From Candidatus Saccharimonadota bacterium (GTDB lineage Bacteria > Pseudomonadota > Alphaproteobacteria > Rickettsiales > Anaplasmataceae), in NCBI RefSeq assembly GCF_013365495.1, contig NZ_CP046580.1:330001-362000 (forward strand): DNA of 32,000 bases, in the 5' to 3' direction. The stretch's first letter is position 1. Each line of letters opens with the position of its first letter. Below are positions 28,975 through 32,000 of the stretch, in pieces. Position numbers and translations under genes: made by a program. Under the pieces are notes generated by a model, which saw only the letters and a program-made list of their open reading frames with translations, did no database searches and was not told the origin of the DNA.

Positions 28975-29820
28975 TTGATAAGTATGAAAACAATAAGTGT
29001 TTTAATTCAAGAAGGGGCAAAACTATTGACGTCTTATGAAATTGAATCAGCATATTTAGATTGTGAAGTTATTATGCAGCATGTTCTTGGTGTAGAAAAG
29101 TCATTCATAATTATTAATTGTACTGATCGAGTGCCAATAGGAAAAGAGCAACTATTTTGGAAGTTGATAAAAAGAAGGGTGAAAAGATATCCGGTGTCAC
29201 AAATAATAGGTAACCGTGAATTTTGGAGTAAAGATTTTATAGTTAATCGGCATGTTTTGGATCCAAGACCAGATAGTGAAACAATAATTTTGGCGGTATT
29301 AAAATGCTATCCGGACAGAAAGCAAAGATTAAAAATTGCAGATTTTGGTACAGGTACAGGTTGTTTACTGATATCTTTGCTTGGTGAGTATGAATATGCT
29401 GTGGGTATTGGTTTTGAGAAAAGTTTAAAAGCATATAGAGTTGCCTGTCAGAATGTAAAAAGACATAATTTACTTGGTAGAGCTAAGATACTTCTAAATT
29501 CTTGGACAGAATGTAAAGGCTTATTTGATCTCATAGTTAGTAATCCTCCATATATTAAAAAAGATAAGCTAAAGAATCTGCAAGCTGAAGTACAAAAAGA
29601 ACCGAGAATGGCTCTTGATGGGGGTATAGATGGTTTAAACTGTTACTTAAGTATCTTTCCAATTTTGAAAAAGTGCCTTAAAAAAAGTGGGGTTGTAGTG
29701 TTAGAAATAGGTGAAGATCAAAGTAATATTGGTGAAATAATTCTTTCGTATGGTTTTTCTCTTCAAGAATATATGTATGATTTAACAGGAATAAAAAGAT
29801 GTGTTATTATTAAGCAATAG
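28975..29820 (+). CDS. prmC: Release factor glutamine N5-methyltransferase PrmC (HemK).
   Basis: 281 aa. SAM-binding motif DFGTGTGCLLISL and catalytic motif IVSNPPYI; also EPRMALDGGIDGL. The track start is TTG 28975. An ATG three codons downstream (28984, MKTISV...) is an equally plausible start. Confidence 0.85.
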   Translation: MISMKTISVLIQEGAKLLTSYEIESAYLDCEVIMQHVLGVEKSFIIINCTDRVPIGKEQLFWKLIKRRVKRYPVSQIIGNREFWSKDFIVNRHVLDPRPDSETIILAVLKCYPDRKQRLKIADFGTGTGCLLISLLGEYEYAVGIGFEKSLKAYRVACQNVKRHNLLGRAKILLNSWTECKGLFDLIVSNPPYIKKDKLKNLQAEVQKEPRMALDGGIDGLNCYLSIFPILKKCLKKSGVVVLEIGEDQSNIGEIILSYGFSLQEYMYDLTGIKRCVIIKQ

Positions 29821-29907
29821 GCTTTTTACATAGTTTGGAGAGATTTTAAAATTAGCACTTTTTTTTGGTGTAATTCTTTAAGTTATTTAAGTAATATTAA
29901 TAAAGAA

Positions 29908-29928
29908 AAAAAGCAAAGACTGCTTTTT
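29908..29928. terminator. Weak bidirectional terminator-like hairpin, aaaaagca-aagac-tgcttttt, between convergent prmC and tkt.
   Basis: 8-bp arms with only 2 G:C pairs and a 5-nt loop, with an A-run and a T-run forming the outer arms. It lies 88 nt downstream of the prmC stop. The stem energy is probably marginal. Confidence 0.25.
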
Positions 29929-30269
29929 GGCTATAACTCTGCCCTGTAATACAAGTGGTTTGCTTTTATATGATGAAGAATACGTGCTTTTTTTACCTGA
30001 GCTTTTTTTGAAAATGTTTTAGCTATAACTAAATAAAATTTTATAAAAATATTATAATTAATGTGGGTATTAAAGCTACTAAGTTTTTTCTTGTTGTTGT
30101 GGGCGCTAGCAAGTTTTAAAAGTCAATAAGTACTTTAGTATTTTGTGATTAGGTAATTAGTGGTTTATTGAGTGATTTTATTCTTTATATTTTAGATTAC
30201 AATATTCATGTACTTGTACTTACTATGCTTAAAGTAGGTTAATTTTGTTATAGTTAACTATATTAAGAT

Positions 30270-32000
30270 TTACTTGATATAAACCAGTTTTTCGCATACA
30301 CGTCTTACTATATGATCGGCACTAATATTAAAATATTTATAAAGTATTTTATAAGGTGCTGACTCTCCAAAACTTTTCATGCCAATAAATATGCCATTTG
30401 AGCCTATATATTTGTGCCAACCCATTTCACTTCCAGCTTCAATTGCAACTTTAATGCTATCATTATCTAATATTGCCTTTTTGTACTCATCATTTTGCTC
30501 GTCAAAAAGTCTACAGCATGGCATAGAAACCACTCTTGTATCTATGTCTTTTTCTTGCAATTTTCTCTTTGCTTCAACTGCAGTTTCAACTTCAGATCCA
30601 GTAGCAAATATTGTCACTTCTAGTTTTTTTGAATATTCATATAAGATATATGCACCTAGTTTTGATAGATTAGTAGATTGATCAATATTACAATGGAATT
30701 TGCGCATGTAATTTACATTTTGCTTTGAAAGTGCGAATAATGCAGGTGATTCTTTTTTTTCCAGTGCAATGCTAATACATTCTAGAGTTTCAACTGCATC
30801 AGCTGGCCTGAAAACATAGAGGTTTGGTATAGCTCGAAGAGAAGATAAATGCTCTATCGGTTGATGAGTTGGACCGTCTTCTCCTATTCCAATTGAATCG
30901 TGGGTCATTACATATATAACTTGCTGCTTCATTAAGGCAGAAAGACGTATAGCTGGACGGCAATAATCAGAAAAAACTAAAAAAGTGCCGCCATAAGGAA
31001 TAATACCTCCATGAAGAGCCATGCCATTCATACAAGCTGCCATAGCGTGTTCTCTCACTCCATAATAGAGATAGGACCCACTATGATTATTTTTATTTAT
31101 TGTTTTCATGTGCTTATATTTAGTACAATTTGATCCGGTTAGATCAGCGGACCCGCCAATTAATTCTGGCATAGATTTAGTTAAAAATTCCATTACCTTG
31201 CCAAAAGAAGATCGTGTAGCTTCGCTTGGCATTGTTTCATGTATTTGTTTTTTGAATTTGATTAAATCATTATTAACATTAGCTGGTAAGCGTTTGTCTA
31301 GCCGTCTTTGAAGTTCTATATGATATTTTGTCATCTTAGTATATGACATTGGTGGAATCCATTCTTTTTTTTCTTTATTAGTCATATGCTGAAATAATAT
31401 AGAATTGTAGTTTTGTTTTGCTCTCTCGACTGTCTTCATCCAAGCATTTTTTATATCTTCTGGTACGTAAAATGGTTCATAGTTCCAATTTAATTTTTCT
31501 CTTATTTCTTTTATGTCTTCTTTTGTGAAAGTACCACTGTGGGCTGAAGCTGTGCCAGCATGTCTTGAAAATTTTCCAATAATAGTTTTACAACAGATTA
31601 ATGTGGGTTTATCAGATTTTTGTGCTTGCTCAATTGCAAGCGATATGGAGTTGAAATCATGTCCATTAATTTTACTAACGTTCCATCCATATGCTAAAAA
31701 ACGCTTTTCTACATCATCAGAACAAGAGAGACTGGTAGCACCATCTATGGTGATATTGTTATCGTCAAAAAAGGCTATTAACTTATTCAATTTAAGATGT
31801 CCAGCAAGCGATGCTGCTTCATGGCTTATTCCTTCCATAAGACAGCCATCTCCTGACACTACATAAGTGTAGTGATGGATTCCAAGTTGCTTTTCAAGAA
31901 GTAATTCAGCAACTGCCATACCGACTGAGACAGCAAATCCTTGCCCTAGTGGACCTGTTGTTGCTTCTACTCCAGGAGTGAGACCAAATTCTGGATGGCC
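30270..32000 (-). CDS. tkt: Transketolase, the C-terminal 576 codons. The true start lies beyond the right window edge.
   Basis: The track ORF starts at an internal Met (31919), but the frame stays open to 32000. My hand translation of 31920-32000 gives GHPEFGLTPGVEATTGPLGQGFAVSVG, the transketolase ThDP-binding region, directly upstream of MAVAE...VSGDGCLMEGISHEA. Further motifs: THDSIGIGEDGPTHQPIEHL..LRAIPNL.VFRPAD. Confidence 0.95.
   Translation of the reverse strand, partial: GHPEFGLTPGVEATTGPLGQGFAVSVGMAVAELLLEKQLGIHHYTYVVSGDGCLMEGISHEAASLAGHLKLNKLIAFFDDNNITIDGATSLSCSDDVEKRFLAYGWNVSKINGHDFNSISLAIEQAQKSDKPTLICCKTIIGKFSRHAGTASAHSGTFTKEDIKEIREKLNWNYEPFYVPEDIKNAWMKTVERAKQNYNSILFQHMTNKEKKEWIPPMSYTKMTKYHIELQRRLDKRLPANVNNDLIKFKKQIHETMPSEATRSSFGKVMEFLTKSMPELIGGSADLTGSNCTKYKHMKTINKNNHSGSYLYYGVREHAMAACMNGMALHGGIIPYGGTFLVFSDYCRPAIRLSALMKQQVIYVMTHDSIGIGEDGPTHQPIEHLSSLRAIPNLYVFRPADAVETLECISIALEKKESPALFALSKQNVNYMRKFHCNIDQSTNLSKLGAYILYEYSKKLEVTIFATGSEVETAVEAKRKLQEKDIDTRVVSMPCCRLFDEQNDEYKKAILDNDSIKVAIEAGSEMGWHKYIGSNGIFIGMKSFGESAPYKILYKYFNISADHIVRRVCEKLVYIK

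Noticed and set aside
29243-29434. 63-aa minus-strand ORF in prmC; also the plus-strand ORFs 30379-30681, 31108-31311 and 31513-31866 in tkt.
   Set aside because: They are antisense to genes with diagnostic motifs (NPPY; the transketolase ThDP and THDSIG blocks).

Overview
This is a very AT-rich chromosomal segment. Its gene content and order match the core genome of an Anaplasmataceae (Rickettsiales) obligate intracellular bacterium. By eye it is most like Ehrlichia, with E. ruminantium-type or Neoehrlichia-type long spacers; no database search was possible. Left to right: addB (5' part, minus strand), purL (a 1014-aa PurS-like/PurL fusion), a 3.45-kb ORF-free spacer, a signal-peptide metallophosphoesterase (minus strand), and tRNA-Leu(GAG). 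Next comes a plus-strand string: ribA, then virB8, virB9, virB10, virB11 and virD4 (one half of the split Rickettsiales vir-homolog type IV secretion system), then a frameshifted OMP-1/Msp2/Wsp-family porin gene. After a 1.56-kb ORF-free spacer there is a minus-strand housekeeping string (maf, infA, nusB, ribH, yidC, secF, ccmF) interrupted by 0.6-kb and 1.0-kb spacers. The window ends with a 1.1-kb divergent spacer, prmC (plus strand), and tkt (minus strand, running off the right edge). I found no transposase, integrase, phage gene, CRISPR array, rRNA or defence-type gene. I cannot point to a convincing new protein-encoding system. The features the gene models leave unexplained are: (1) six ORF-free spacers totalling 8,234 bp (25.7% of the window), which sit beside genes that overlap each other and show strand-specific A/T and purine bias; (2) the broken porin gene at the end of the T4SS string, followed by an empty interval; (3) unusual domain architectures in RibA (eroded RibB-like N-domain), PurL, VirB10 (large charged insertion) and VirD4 (poly-acidic tail). 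All protein calls rest on motif recognition by eye in the supplied translations, plus one hand translation (addB).
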